Notes: generated by a model not told the origin, from the sequence alone. A stretch of 47,265 nt of DNA from Candidatus Saccharimonadota bacterium (GCA_028288985.1 JAQGHE010000051.1:1-47265); one strand, 5' to 3'; counted from the stretch's first letter, positions 8,289-16,971 are shown. Numbers and translations are program-made.

Positions 8289-8801
8289 ATGAGTGAGGTT
8301 AACCATACTCCTGAAAGGCCGTTTAGGTCGCTGGCGGCGGTTTCAGCAGCTGCCGGAGCTTTAGCTTTGAATGCTAATGCGGCACCCGCCCCAAATCAGC
8401 CTGAAATTTCGCCCACTAACCGGATATACCACACCGGCAATGCTGTAAGAGTGGCGCGCGGCCTACCCATACACATCACCCAGGGAGGGATAATAATGCC
8501 CGAGAGGACCGCTACAGCCTATGGCGAAGCGCATCAGCGGGAATCACTTTATATCCGGCTGCAAACCCCGGGAACCTGGGATCCCAACAATTATATGAGT
8601 ATTACTGAGAGGGGCTCTGTTAGCGGCGGACAGATAAGCTCGAATTTTGAGAAGCGGTTTTTGCCAATGGATCTTCCGGCGCACCGCGTATCGATGATAG
8701 TAGAAGACGACTTGAACATCTGGAATGCCCGCAAAAGAAAGTTTGTTACCCGTGTGCTTAGCCTAAGAAAGTACATCATTGACCCCAACCGGAGAACTTG
8801 A
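8289..8801 (+). CDS. Hypothetical protein, probable signal peptide
   Basis: 170-aa ORF with the Ala-rich N-terminal segment LAAVSAAAGALALNANA. No family recognised. Confidence 0.45.
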   Translation: MSEVNHTPERPFRSLAAVSAAAGALALNANAAPAPNQPEISPTNRIYHTGNAVRVARGLPIHITQGGIIMPERTATAYGEAHQRESLYIRLQTPGTWDPNNYMSITERGSVSGGQISSNFEKRFLPMDLPAHRVSMIVEDDLNIWNARKRKFVTRVLSLRKYIIDPNRRT

Positions 8802-8888
8802 GCCCGCCCGTCAAAAGAGTTTCAAGAATTGCACGCCCGCAAGAAATAAGTTTACAAATAGCTAGTTTTATGTCAAAATAACAATAAC

Positions 8889-9170
8889 ATGTCTGAGTTT
8901 TCTATTGGGTCATTTAACCCGAATCAAAATGAAAGCCCTTATTTTCGAGTTTACTTTCGCGAGGATCCGGAGTCTTTAGTAGAGCCAGACATCGAAGACT
9001 TGAAAGAAGCCCTCGATACTTATGGGATATCCGTACTTGATCTGGATAACAGCACCGGCAAAACTTACATAGTTGATTGTCACACAGATGGTTTGGCTGA
9101 GCTTAAAGAACTCATGGAAGAATATGGGTTCTGGGTCTCTATGATACCGAACCAGCAAGTTTATCTGTAG
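8889..9170 (+). CDS. Hypothetical small acidic protein
   Basis: 93-aa ORF. No recognisable motif. Confidence 0.4.
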   Translation: MSEFSIGSFNPNQNESPYFRVYFREDPESLVEPDIEDLKEALDTYGISVLDLDNSTGKTYIVDCHTDGLAELKELMEEYGFWVSMIPNQQVYL

Positions 9171-9396
9171 TAGGATTTTTGGCCGGCTGTTTGCTGCCGG
9201 ACCCGACCCTCTCTTTTATCAGTTTCAGCACCCAACCGTGCAGAAGCTCATAAGAGCCGAAGACAATTAACGGTGCTGAAAATTCCGGTACGATAGCCGC
9301 CCCGACAAGGGCCGCAGCGCCAAGCCCGTAGTGAAGCTTTTCAAAAAAATTCAAACCTCTCTCAACTACGCCTTTGCCGCCTTGCTCTTTATTCAT
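9139..9396 (-). CDS. Hypothetical small membrane protein
   Basis: 85-aa ORF with one or two hydrophobic segments (LGAAALVGAAIVPEFSAPLIVFG). Its 3' end overlaps the convergent 8889-9170 ORF. Confidence 0.4.
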   Translation of the reverse strand: MNKEQGGKGVVERGLNFFEKLHYGLGAAALVGAAIVPEFSAPLIVFGSYELLHGWVLKLIKERVGSGSKQPAKNPTTDKLAGSVS

Positions 9397-9493
9397 ACTT
9401 CCATTTTATTTCTGAAAGTAATTCCTATGAGTTAGCTATTTGACAGATTGGGGGCAAATTGTGGGCTAACCTAACCAGGTATATAGGAGGGAT

Positions 9494-10369
9494 ATGGCTA
9501 AGAGGTTAGGCTTTATCGGCCTTGGCAACATGGGTAGCCGGCTGGCCAATAATTTGTTAGAGGACCATGGAGAAATAGTGGTTTGGGACCGCAGCCAGGA
9601 AAGGCGTGCCGAGCGTCCTGTTGGCGAAGCCGAGGTTAGCGACACCATTGAAGGCGTGATAGACCGTGCTGATATCATCTTTATCTCTGTCTTTAACGAT
9701 GCCGCTGATGAGGATGTGTTCGAAGACATTCTACGCCGGGATATAACCGGCAAGTATTTTATAGATTTCAGCACAGTCTCGCCGGATACAACGATAGAAC
9801 TGGCGCACGCGGTCGAACAAAAGGGGGGCCAGCTTCTGGACGCGGGCATATCCGGCAGTATCCTGCAGGTGGAGACCAGGCAGCTGATCATATTTATAGG
9901 TGGCGACAAAAGCGCTTTTAACGATTGTCGAAGCTACATCGAGCCGCTGGGCAAACAGACTTTTTATATGGGGGCCAGTGGCTTCGGCATGAAGGGCAAG
10001 CTGTGCGTAAACCTGCTGCTGGGCGTCGGGCTGCAATCATTGGCCGAATCTTTAGCACTGGCTCAAAAAATGGGCATTGAAAAGCAACTGATGATAGAGG
10101 TGCTGGATAGTACCGCTGTTATTTCCCCTTCGCAGAAATCCAAGCTGGAACTAGCCGCCAAAGACGACTACTCGTTTATAAATTTCTCGCTAGAGCTGAT
10201 GTACAAGGATTTCGGCATTATCGAGCAGCAGGCCCAAAAGGCGGCCGCACCGGTGCCGGCGGCAACCGCAGCTCGCCAGGTAGCCGCCATCGGCGTCGCC
10301 AAGGATATCAAGGCCGACTTCGCTGCAGTAATTCAAATAATGGAAAATCTGGCGAACATTAAGAAGTAG
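9494..10369 (+). CDS. NAD(P)-dependent dehydrogenase, 3-hydroxyisobutyrate/6-phosphogluconate dehydrogenase-like family
   Basis: 291 aa with LGFIGLGNMGSRLA (Rossmann GxGxxG) at the N-terminus. Length is typical of the HIBADH family. SD GGAGGG lies upstream. Confidence 0.7.
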   Translation: MAKRLGFIGLGNMGSRLANNLLEDHGEIVVWDRSQERRAERPVGEAEVSDTIEGVIDRADIIFISVFNDAADEDVFEDILRRDITGKYFIDFSTVSPDTTIELAHAVEQKGGQLLDAGISGSILQVETRQLIIFIGGDKSAFNDCRSYIEPLGKQTFYMGASGFGMKGKLCVNLLLGVGLQSLAESLALAQKMGIEKQLMIEVLDSTAVISPSQKSKLELAAKDDYSFINFSLELMYKDFGIIEQQAQKAAAPVPAATAARQVAAIGVAKDIKADFAAVIQIMENLANIKK

Positions 10370-10386
10370 TCATCATACCAGCCAAT

Positions 10387-10878
10387 TTAGCGGGCGGACA
10401 TTAACTGTTCCCTGACTACTCCGGATAAGTTATCCTCGGCCCATTCAGCCATGTCTAATTCTTGGTCGCCGATCTGCTTCGCCGCCTCGGCAATTCCCCC
10501 TTCTCCGGCATATTGGGCGGCTTCCCTGATGGCTTCGTAGCAGGCAAATTCAAAATATTCGGCGCCTACAAGAATTATCATATGTTTAACCTTTTCATCG
10601 CCGACCGCACTGGCGCTCATGCCTTGGCCGGCTCCCATCATCTTGCTCATAAAGTCCTTGGTTCTGGCCGGCTGCTCACCGATAGAATTCAGACACTCCT
10701 CAACTATTTCTCTTTGTCGCTGCGTCTGCTCTAAATGACGCTCCAGCCTTCTCTTGATCCTATCGTCATCATCAAAATCTTTAATCGCCCGCTTCAATAA
10801 TTTGATCTGTGTTTCTTCCATGGCGTGCGCATCTTTTAGCCACGACGCCAAAATTCCGATAACTTCCTCTTTTGCCAT
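10387..10878 (-). CDS. Ferritin-like DUF892 (YciE/YciF-type) protein
   Basis: 163 aa, all-helical, with LKDAHAMEETQIKLL and GAEYFEFACYEAI blocks as in DUF892 proteins. Confidence 0.55.
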   Translation of the reverse strand: MAKEEVIGILASWLKDAHAMEETQIKLLKRAIKDFDDDDRIKRRLERHLEQTQRQREIVEECLNSIGEQPARTKDFMSKMMGAGQGMSASAVGDEKVKHMIILVGAEYFEFACYEAIREAAQYAGEGGIAEAAKQIGDQELDMAEWAEDNLSGVVREQLMSAR

Positions 10879-10994
10879 AGTCGCCCTCCCCTCAAATTTT
10901 TTTGCGCTTATATTCTATATATGATTATTCTGGCCCGAAACTCTCCCATCCCGCTATTAGCAATCTCACATAGGGACGATTTACGCCCAAATTA

Positions 10995-12224
10995 TTACGC
11001 TCTTTGGCGGCGATCTATAAAAAATCCTCGCCCGGCAGGTTCCCGTTTATAGCGGGCTTCCGGACCGGATCTGCCGCTCCTTCCCGGCCTATCGATGCGA
11101 TAGCTGGGCGGAGGCGTGTGGTCTGTGAGGGCCAGCAGCACCATGCCGGCTCCCATCCAATAAGCCAGCAGCATGACAAAGAAGCCTACGAACGGTATCA
11201 GATACAGAATCAGCAGGATCACGCCGCCAGCTAGAACTATTAGCAGTGGGTTGCGCAGTGCCGGCCAGATCCTAAGCCCAATGTAATAGGCCGTGAATAA
11301 GCCGCTGGTCAGACCGATCAATAACCAGCTGATCAGCAGCAGTATGCCCAGCGGCAAACCAACGATGGTTACCATCAGCAGTACCGCCAAAATGGGGATG
11401 AGGATGCTGGCCACTAAACCTGTCAGCAAAGCCCGCCACGGCCTTCTTATCCCCTGGACCGCCACCAGATGCACGAGTTGCGGCAGCAGCGTGGTCACTA
11501 TCAGTGCTGTTATAAGCAATACTATGGCAACGCCCAGGCCGAAAAGCAGCGACGATAAAGCCGGGTGCGCTTTTTCCTTGGGCTGATGCTGGCTGACCGC
11601 TCCCCCCACAGTGGCACCATTGTCGATAGCAATCTTATTCTTGCTGGTATATTCTATGCCTCCGCCAACTTTGGCGCCCCGTGCCAAGGTTATTCTGTCG
11701 GCCGTACCTGTTATATCGCGGGCTACTTGTCCGCTTATGTTCACATTGCTGGCCGCAATCGCCAGATCGCGACCAACGGTGCCATTTATATTTAGACTGC
11801 TGGCGGCAAAACTGGCATCCATACCGATCCGGCTCTTGGAATCAATATTTACAGTTTGGGCCGCAACCGAAGCGCTGCGGGCGATATCACCGTTTAAATT
11901 AACAGTCTGGGCCCCCAGTCTGACACTGCCTTCCACTGTGCCGCTGATAGTTATAGTCTGGGCGCCGCAAATTACATCGCCTTTGACGGTGCCGCTGATA
12001 TCGACTGTCTGGGCGCCGCAAAACAGATCGCCGTTTATGGTTCCGGCTATGCTGACATTCCTGCCGCCCACCCAAAGGCCGTAATCAAGGGTTTCGTTAC
12101 CCGCTACAGTTACAGAATTGCCGGACATGAACTCTGTTGAAGCCATAGTTCGGGAGCCGATGCCAAGAAATATCAGAAACAGTATCACACCCGATATTGC
12201 CGCCAGCCAGGCTCTTCCCTTCAT
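10995..12224 (-). CDS. Membrane protein with bactofilin-like (polymer-forming, beta-helical) repeats and a polytopic C-terminal domain
   Basis: 409 aa. N-terminal TM, then about 8 repeats of G(D/S)hxxGAQTVxIxG, then 4-5 TM helices and an Arg-rich tail. Confidence 0.55.
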   Translation of the reverse strand: MKGRAWLAAISGVILFLIFLGIGSRTMASTEFMSGNSVTVAGNETLDYGLWVGGRNVSIAGTINGDLFCGAQTVDISGTVKGDVICGAQTITISGTVEGSVRLGAQTVNLNGDIARSASVAAQTVNIDSKSRIGMDASFAASSLNINGTVGRDLAIAASNVNISGQVARDITGTADRITLARGAKVGGGIEYTSKNKIAIDNGATVGGAVSQHQPKEKAHPALSSLLFGLGVAIVLLITALIVTTLLPQLVHLVAVQGIRRPWRALLTGLVASILIPILAVLLMVTIVGLPLGILLLISWLLIGLTSGLFTAYYIGLRIWPALRNPLLIVLAGGVILLILYLIPFVGFFVMLLAYWMGAGMVLLALTDHTPPPSYRIDRPGRSGRSGPEARYKREPAGRGFFIDRRQRA

Positions 12225-12408
12225 AAGCGCCTCTCCTATTGCGCCGAAGTATATTCGCTTTTTGAAAAATTAGCGGTGATAAATTATGCTATTCGGCTGA
12301 GACCCCACTCCAGAAATTAACCACAGGTTCATGCACAGGTTGCCCACAGCCGGTTATCTGTTAAAAACTAACTGTGCATATTTTTATAAAATGCCGGTAT
12401 TTTTATTG

Positions 12409-12437
12409 TTGACCGCACTTACTGTTAAGTCTATATT
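12409..12437 (+). promoter_or_regulatory. Sigma70-type promoter of sRNA copy 2 (TTGACC-17 nt-TATATT)
   Basis: TTGACCgcacttactgttaagtcTATATTggtactt. The -10 and the downstream 30 nt are identical to copy 1. Confidence 0.6.
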
Positions 12438-12440
12438 GGT

Positions 12441-12555
12441 ACTTAGCCACTGTGAGGTGGCAGCAGGGACAACCGGAAACGATTGTCCCTGGGACAGCCC
12501 TCTCCTCGGAGATGACTGTCAACAAAATAAGACCCTTCGGGGTCTTATTTTGTTT
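12441..12555 (+). ncRNA. Candidate small RNA, copy 2 of a two-member family (unknown function)
   Basis: The 5' part ACUUAGCCACUGUGAGGUGGCA is shared with copy 1. Hairpin CAGGGACAA-CCGGAAACGA-UUGUCCCUG is present, as is the shared GAGAUGACUG. Terminator AAGACCC-UUCG-GGGUCUU plus a U-rich tail (12529-12555). The track ORFs here (12331-12609 +, 12403-12696 -) look spurious. Confidence 0.6.
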
Positions 12556-12605
12556 CCCGGCACAGTTATTTACAGTGATTTCAACAGACTTTTTGAAGGA
12601 GAATT

Positions 12606-12872
12606 TTAGGATTTGCGGGCGTTTTTGACAGCTTCGTACTTTACGATCGCGTAGCTGCCCGTAAATGCCCCGGCAGACAGTGGGACTATGTACCATTTGT
12701 TGTGGACATAACTGACTATCCCAACCGCACCCAGTACATAGGTCAGCACACTCATGTAAGCAGCATGAAGTGCTTTAGATTTTATGACCGCGATAGTATA
12801 AAGCGCGAAGACCGCATCCAGCGCCAGCGAGGCGAAAAATAAGCCGATGGCCTGCAGCCAATTGAATTCCAT
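12606..12872 (-). CDS. Hypothetical small membrane protein (3 predicted TM)
   Basis: 88-aa ORF, strongly hydrophobic throughout. Confidence 0.5.
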   Translation of the reverse strand: MEFNWLQAIGLFFASLALDAVFALYTIAVIKSKALHAAYMSVLTYVLGAVGIVSYVHNKWYIVPLSAGAFTGSYAIVKYEAVKNARKS

Positions 12873-12910
12873 AGTTTAAATTTAACAAATGTACTGCTAT
12901 CGAGACACTC

Positions 12911-12939
12911 TTGTAAATTAGAGTAATTTATGGTAAAAT
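12911..12939 (+). promoter_or_regulatory. Promoter TTGTAA-17 nt-TAAAAT (TGn extended -10) upstream of 13005-13457
   Basis: Hexamers and spacing counted by hand. Confidence 0.5.
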
Positions 12940-13004
12940 ATTAATATCTTCGTGATTTTTCTCGGAGAAGACAAGCAGGCACACATCAACTCCAGGAGAG
13001 TAGA

Positions 13005-13457
13005 TTGCCCAGACAAGTAAAACCGAAGACCGTCGCCAAAGCACAGGCGGACCTAATCAAGAAGCTGCCGCGTCGCCACAGCAACGGCAAGGTCGGTTCT
13101 CGCGTTCAGAAAGCACGCCTGGATAGAGGCATCTCCCAGCGGGAGCTGGCCTTCCCAGGCTGCAGCTACGCCTACCTCAGCCGCATCGAGCACAACACCC
13201 GTCGGCCTTCGTTGACGGTGCTCGTGAAGCTGGCGATCTTGCTGGACACATCGTTCGCGTACTTGGTCTCCGGCCAAGATGATCAGCGCTGCCTCACCGA
13301 TGAGGAGAGAGAGCAGCTGTTCATGATCCTGGGAGTCTCCAGCAGGCAACTGCCGGCGATCCGGAAAGCCGTCGTCGAGCTGAAAGCCGCTTACGAGCGG
13401 GGAGCTAAGGCGACCATCCTGATGGCTCAAGCCCAGCAACTAATGGGCAAGAGCTGA
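13005..13457 (+). CDS. XRE-family helix-turn-helix transcriptional regulator (GC3-rich cassette)
   Basis: 150 aa, TTG start after SD AGGAGAG. The segment RLDRGISQRELAFPGCSYAYLSRIEHNTRRPSLTVLVKLAILL is an HTH_XRE-type motif. GC-rich third positions. Confidence 0.65.
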   Translation: MPRQVKPKTVAKAQADLIKKLPRRHSNGKVGSRVQKARLDRGISQRELAFPGCSYAYLSRIEHNTRRPSLTVLVKLAILLDTSFAYLVSGQDDQRCLTDEEREQLFMILGVSSRQLPAIRKAVVELKAAYERGAKATILMAQAQQLMGKS

Positions 13458-13470
13458 CGTACTAGCTTGT

Positions 13471-13500
13471 GACGGGTGGGGCGCTACTGCCTCACCCGTC
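13471..13500 (+). terminator. GC-rich stem-loop after the XRE gene (GACGGGTG...CACCCGTC), no U-tract
   Basis: 8-bp stem seen directly. The lack of a T-run makes terminator function uncertain. Confidence 0.35.
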
Positions 13501-13529
13501 ACCCTCACACTGCCTGCTTGTCGCTTTTA

Positions 13530-13958
13530 TCATTCAACGTCGTCTGCGTCCCGAAGTCCGGATTCGGGGTCTACAAAGGCTGTTACGACTACTTTGCGAG
13601 TGCGGGGACCATCAAGTTCCACCAGAATTATCCGCTGCCAGACTCCCAGTACCAGGCTGCCGGTTTTTACCGGAATGGTCACGCTTGGACCAATTATAGA
13701 GCTGGCCAGGTGCGCCGGTACATGCTCCGGGTCATGGGGGTGGCGGTATTTCAGCTTGGGTATCATCTCCCACAAGGCATCCAGTAAGTCCAGGTCTGTC
13801 CCCGGATCAAGATCAGCCGTGGTTACGGCACAGGTAGTATGTGTCACGAAAATGCTGACGGCAGCTGTTTGGGAGTCCACCAGCTGCTGCGCCAGATCGG
13901 TAATATCAATTACCTGCCGATCTTTCTTTGTCTCAATTTCAAAATCCAAATTTGGCAT
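13530..13958 (-). CDS. yjbQ: YjbQ/UPF0047 family protein (secondary thiamine-phosphate synthase-like)
   Basis: 142 aa with FVTHTTCAVTTADLDPGTDLDL, HVPAHLASSIIG and LGVWQRIILVELDGPRTRKV, which match the conserved YjbQ blocks. Confidence 0.7.
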   Translation of the reverse strand: MPNLDFEIETKKDRQVIDITDLAQQLVDSQTAAVSIFVTHTTCAVTTADLDPGTDLDLLDALWEMIPKLKYRHPHDPEHVPAHLASSIIGPSVTIPVKTGSLVLGVWQRIILVELDGPRTRKVVVTAFVDPESGLRDADDVE

Positions 13959-14026
13959 ATGTTAATTTTTTCGCAAAAACAGATTTAAGGCTATCTAAAT
14001 TTTCACCTTTAGCAAAATCAAGGATC

Positions 14027-14286
14027 TACCACCTTGTGCCGACAAGGTGGTGCCAAACTCTGGGCTGTTCTCCTCACTTGATGCATCTGATAGTAAAAAA
14101 CGAGCTTGCCTAAAGATCGCCTCAGTAAACTTGCCGTCGGGCAACTTTATTTCGTTTAACGGGCTTTAGGAAGCCAAGCCCGCTCATTTTTATTACATCA
14201 TCTGCTTCAGGTGAGGCTTCTTTATGCCCAAGGGCCACGCATGTGCTTATTCAGGTGAGGCTATAGATGCCCGGACCCAACACACG
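14027..14286 (+). repeat. Intergenic repeat module R, copy 1 (ends with module S, 14252-14279)
   Basis: Hairpin CCACCTTGT-gccg-ACAAGGTGG (14029-14050), then GTGCCAAACTCTGGGCTGTTC...GATGCATCTGATAGTAAAAAACGAGCTTGCC...CAGGTGAGGCTTCTTTATGCCCAAGGGCC...CAGGTGAGGCTATAGATGCCCGGACCCA. Near-identical to 16371-16599 and to the reverse complement of 25240-25445. Confidence 0.9.
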
Positions 14287-14312
14287 TTTACCCATGCCTT
14301 TGTGTTAGCAAA

Positions 14313-15311
14313 ATGACTGAAAGGCTGGAGCAGTTGGATTACACTCAAAAAATGGCAAGATACGGCTACTCTCTTTACTGCGAAGGCAATCACCCGAAGG
14401 ATCTGATCGAACAGGCGGTGATGGCGGAGGATGCCGGCTTTGACTTTCTGGTAATCTCGGACCACTATCATCCATGGCTGCCCAATCAGGAAAACTCCGG
14501 CTTTGCCTGGAGTATTTTAGGGGCGGTTGCCCAGGCTACTACAAAAATAGATCTGGCCACTATGGTTACCTGCCCGATAATGCGCTATCACCCCGCTATC
14601 GTGGCGCAGATGGCGGCAACCATGGCTGTAATAAGCGATGACCGTTTTACTCTGGGGCTGGGAGCGGGCGAGCGCCTGAACGAACACGTAGTCGGCTTGG
14701 GTTGGCCCATGGCCAAAGAGCGCCACTTGATGCTGCGCGAAGCAATAGAAATCATCGCCGATCTGTGGGGCGGGGAGTACGTCACTTACCACGGCGATTA
14801 TTACCAGGTGGATGATGCCAGAATATTCGATCTGCCGGATCAAGAAATTAATACGTTTTTAGCCGCCGGCGGTCCTAGTGCCGCAGCACTGGCGGCCGAG
14901 TTAACTGACGGCATATGCATGACAGAGCCCGATGATAAATTAGTTGAAGTTTATAAAGAGGCTGACGGCGATGCAGACAATATATGGGGGCAGGTAGTCA
15001 TTGGCTGGGACCCCGATGAAAAAACCGCCCTGCAGCATGTTTATGAGCAGTTCCGCTTTGCCGTCGGTGGATGGAAAGTGCAGTCAGAGCTGCCCAACCC
15101 GGCTCATTTCGCCGCGGCTACTAAGAACGTCAAGCCGTACGACCTGGCCAGCTTGATCTCAGCCGGACCGGATGCCAAGAAGCATCTTGATGCTATGGAT
15201 AAATATTTGGACATTGGCGTAGCCAATCTGGCGATCGCTTATCCGGGAGATAAGGTGGAGAGCTTTATGGAATTCTGGGCCGAAAAGCTGCGCCCCAAGT
15301 TGAGGAACTGA
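14313..15311 (+). CDS. Luciferase-like monooxygenase (LLM) class oxidoreductase, F420-dependent G6PDH-family-like
   Basis: 332 aa with AEDAGFDFLVISDHYHPW, RFTLGLGAGERLNEH and GGPSAA blocks, as in TIGR03557-type LLM proteins. Recognised from memory. Confidence 0.6.
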   Translation: MTERLEQLDYTQKMARYGYSLYCEGNHPKDLIEQAVMAEDAGFDFLVISDHYHPWLPNQENSGFAWSILGAVAQATTKIDLATMVTCPIMRYHPAIVAQMAATMAVISDDRFTLGLGAGERLNEHVVGLGWPMAKERHLMLREAIEIIADLWGGEYVTYHGDYYQVDDARIFDLPDQEINTFLAAGGPSAAALAAELTDGICMTEPDDKLVEVYKEADGDADNIWGQVVIGWDPDEKTALQHVYEQFRFAVGGWKVQSELPNPAHFAAATKNVKPYDLASLISAGPDAKKHLDAMDKYLDIGVANLAIAYPGDKVESFMEFWAEKLRPKLRN

Positions 15312-15320
15312 ATTTGAAAA

Positions 15321-15340
15321 GGCCTGGCGATTGCCAGGCC
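15321..15340. terminator. Bidirectional stem-loop GGCCTGGC-gatt-GCCAGGCC between convergent genes
   Basis: 8-bp stem. The AAAA on the left gives a U-run for the minus-strand gene 15389-15886. Confidence 0.5.
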
Positions 15341-15388
15341 CGTTAGCGAGCCGCTCCTATTCGGCGGCCCGCTGCTTTGCTGTCTACT

Positions 15389-15886
15389 CTAGCGGTAGAC
15401 AGAGATGAGCCACTTGGGCTCATCAAACGGCAGATTGTGGGCGGCGCAGAAGCTGCGGGCAGCTTCCACGTCCTCATCGCTGACCGCGAAATTGGCTTCA
15501 CGCGGATTCGATCCGCTCTGCCACCGCGCCGCTTGAACGCTGGACTTGACCGCAATGATGCAGCCTGAGTCTCCGTCTTCGCCTTCGTAGTAGACAGGGA
15601 CGATTCTGATCGGGCACTCCTCCTCGGCCTTTTCTTCGGCGGCTCGATACTGCTCGTAGGCCTCCGTGTTCTTGGCCACCCAATCGTCGAGGGCCTTCAG
15701 TTCGTAGCCGTGGCCAATCTCGTAGGGGATCGGGTCGACAACGCCGGCCAAGTCCTTCAGCCAGTCCTCGAAGGACTTGCTGCGCTCGCCACTCTCTTCG
15801 TAGTCCCAAGGTAGAGACTCGATCTGCTCGGCATCCAGGGCAACCCCGAACGACAAGTTTGCTTGAAGCAATGTACCCACACTCAC
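15389..15886 (-). CDS. Hypothetical acidic protein (GC3-rich cassette)
   Basis: 165-aa ORF. GTG start region preceded by SD GAGGAG. GC-rich third positions. The alternate-frame ORF 15498-15950 is a shadow. Confidence 0.5.
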   Translation of the reverse strand: MSVGTLLQANLSFGVALDAEQIESLPWDYEESGERSKSFEDWLKDLAGVVDPIPYEIGHGYELKALDDWVAKNTEAYEQYRAAEEKAEEECPIRIVPVYYEGEDGDSGCIIAVKSSVQAARWQSGSNPREANFAVSDEDVEAARSFCAAHNLPFDEPKWLISVYR

Positions 15887-15937
15887 TCCTCGGGTCGATG
15901 GAATACCTATTTAATAACATATTTATCCAGCTTTTGC

Positions 15938-16001
15938 TACCTTTTGCCAAAAAGGTAATGCCAAACTCTCAGGCGTCTGCTCACTTGATAGATTAAAAAA
16001 C
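15938..16001 (+). repeat. 5' fragment of module R in a divergent promoter region (palindrome TACCTTTTGCCAAAAAGGTA)
   Basis: Palindrome 15938-15957 followed by ATGCCAAACTCTCAGGCG...CTCACTTGATAG, matching the start of module R. It overlaps the -35 region of the minus-strand promoter TAGCAA-17-TATTAA (15911-15939). Confidence 0.75.
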
Positions 16002-16057
16002 CGACTGTGATTAAAATCACTTAAAATGCTTATGCTGTAGTGCTATATTTAAATCAA

Positions 16058-16342
16058 ATGCCAAAAGAAAAAGTAGGAGCTGCAATTTTCGACGAAGACG
16101 GAGCTGTCGGACAGGGAGATCCTGGTATGGCGCAGATTTTGGGTGTCGAGCTGATAGCGAGCCGCGACACCTTCAAACCCGACAGAACTTTGGCGCCTGT
16201 ATATCTACGTCCCATAGGACGTACCGAACAAGAAGTAATTAACTACGACCACAACCGAGCACGATATTTAACCTGTCGCGTTATTGCAATCGCCGGCTTA
16301 GGTTTCATCGTTGGCGCCGCCCGTACCTCCCGCCGTCGCTAA
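16058..16342 (+). CDS. Hypothetical protein with C-terminal TM segment
   Basis: Track ORF 16040-16342. I prefer the ATG at 16058 (MPKEKVGAAIF...) because a TATATT -10 box sits at 16044-16049, inside the longer ORF. Confidence 0.45.
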   Translation: MPKEKVGAAIFDEDGAVGQGDPGMAQILGVELIASRDTFKPDRTLAPVYLRPIGRTEQEVINYDHNRARYLTCRVIAIAGLGFIVGAARTSRRR

Positions 16343-16370
16343 TCTAATTCTTTCCAAGAACCAATTTTTT

Positions 16371-16599
16371 ACCACCTTTTGCCGAAAAGGTAGTGCCAAG
16401 CTCTGGGCTGTTCGCCTCAGCTTGATGCATCTGATAGTAAAAAACGAGCTTGCCTAAAGATCGCCTCAATAAACTTGCCGTCGGGCAACTTTATTTCGTT
16501 AAACGTGCTTTAGGAAGCCAAGCCCGCTCATTTTATTACATCATCTGCTTCAGGTGAGGCTCCTTTACGCCCAAGGGCCGCAAGTCTCCAAGCCTGAAC
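16371..16599 (+). repeat. Intergenic repeat module R, copy 2
   Basis: Aligns by hand with copy 1 over about 210 nt with roughly a dozen differences. The hairpin carries compensatory changes (CCTTTTgccgAAAAGG versus CCTTGTgccgACAAGG). It ends in CTCCAAGCCTGAAC, abutting the stop of 16599-16940. Confidence 0.9.
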
Positions 16600-16940
16600 T
16601 AAGCTTCTTCTTGAAGATCTTCCAGCTGAATGATTTGCCGCACTGGCGTGGTTCGAAGATCAACCGGCTTATTAGCTGCACCGACACCAACTAACTCCAT
16701 AGACTCGCCGACTATAATTGTTCTAACGCGGCCCGGAGCCAGGATTGCCGCGTCTTCAATAACCTGTTCCTCGATATCTGCATCGGGGCGCTCCAAGGGC
16801 CGCCTGATTACAGTAGACCGTAAGATGCCTTTAATTACGATATGCGCTTCAACGTCGTACTCCGTACCCGATTCTGTGGTCACTCGAACCCTATCACCAG
16901 GGCTCAGCCGTATCTGATCAATTGCTTTTTGACTTTCCAT
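16599..16940 (-). CDS. Hypothetical protein
   Basis: Track ORF 16599-16967. The ATG at 16967 lies inside a TATAAT box (GGCGTATAATGGGG). I prefer the ATG at 16940 (MESQKAIDQ...), which is preceded by GGAG. Confidence 0.5.
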   Translation of the reverse strand: MESQKAIDQIRLSPGDRVRVTTESGTEYDVEAHIVIKGILRSTVIRRPLERPDADIEEQVIEDAAILAPGRVRTIIVGESMELVGVGAANKPVDLRTTPVRQIIQLEDLQEEA

Positions 16941-16971
16941 AGGTACTCCGATATTATTTGCCCCCATTATA

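Noticed and set aside
12441-12555. SRP (4.5S) or 6S RNA identity for the small RNA pair
   Set aside because: Copy 2 has a CCGGAAAC loop, but neither copy has the GGUCCGGAAGGAAGCAGC-type domain IV. The two copies differ in that region. At about 110 nt with a simple multi-hairpin layout, they do not fit 6S RNA.
13469-13965. The + strand ORFs 13469-13699, 13476-13787 and 13594-13965
   Set aside because: They are antisense to the well-conserved YjbQ-family frame (13530-13958).
14082-14113. Tiny ORF MHLIVKNELA inside repeat module R as a conserved micro-peptide
   Set aside because: The third copy of the module (reverse complement of 25240-25445) reads MHLMIKK-stop at the same place, so the peptide is not conserved while the nucleotide sequence is.
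15343-15950. ORFs 15343-15555 (-), 15377-15568 (+) and 15498-15950 (-)
   Set aside because: They overlap the better-supported 15389-15886 frame, which has a Shine-Dalgarno site and an acidic globular-looking product. Their Arg-rich shadow composition is typical of GC-rich DNA.
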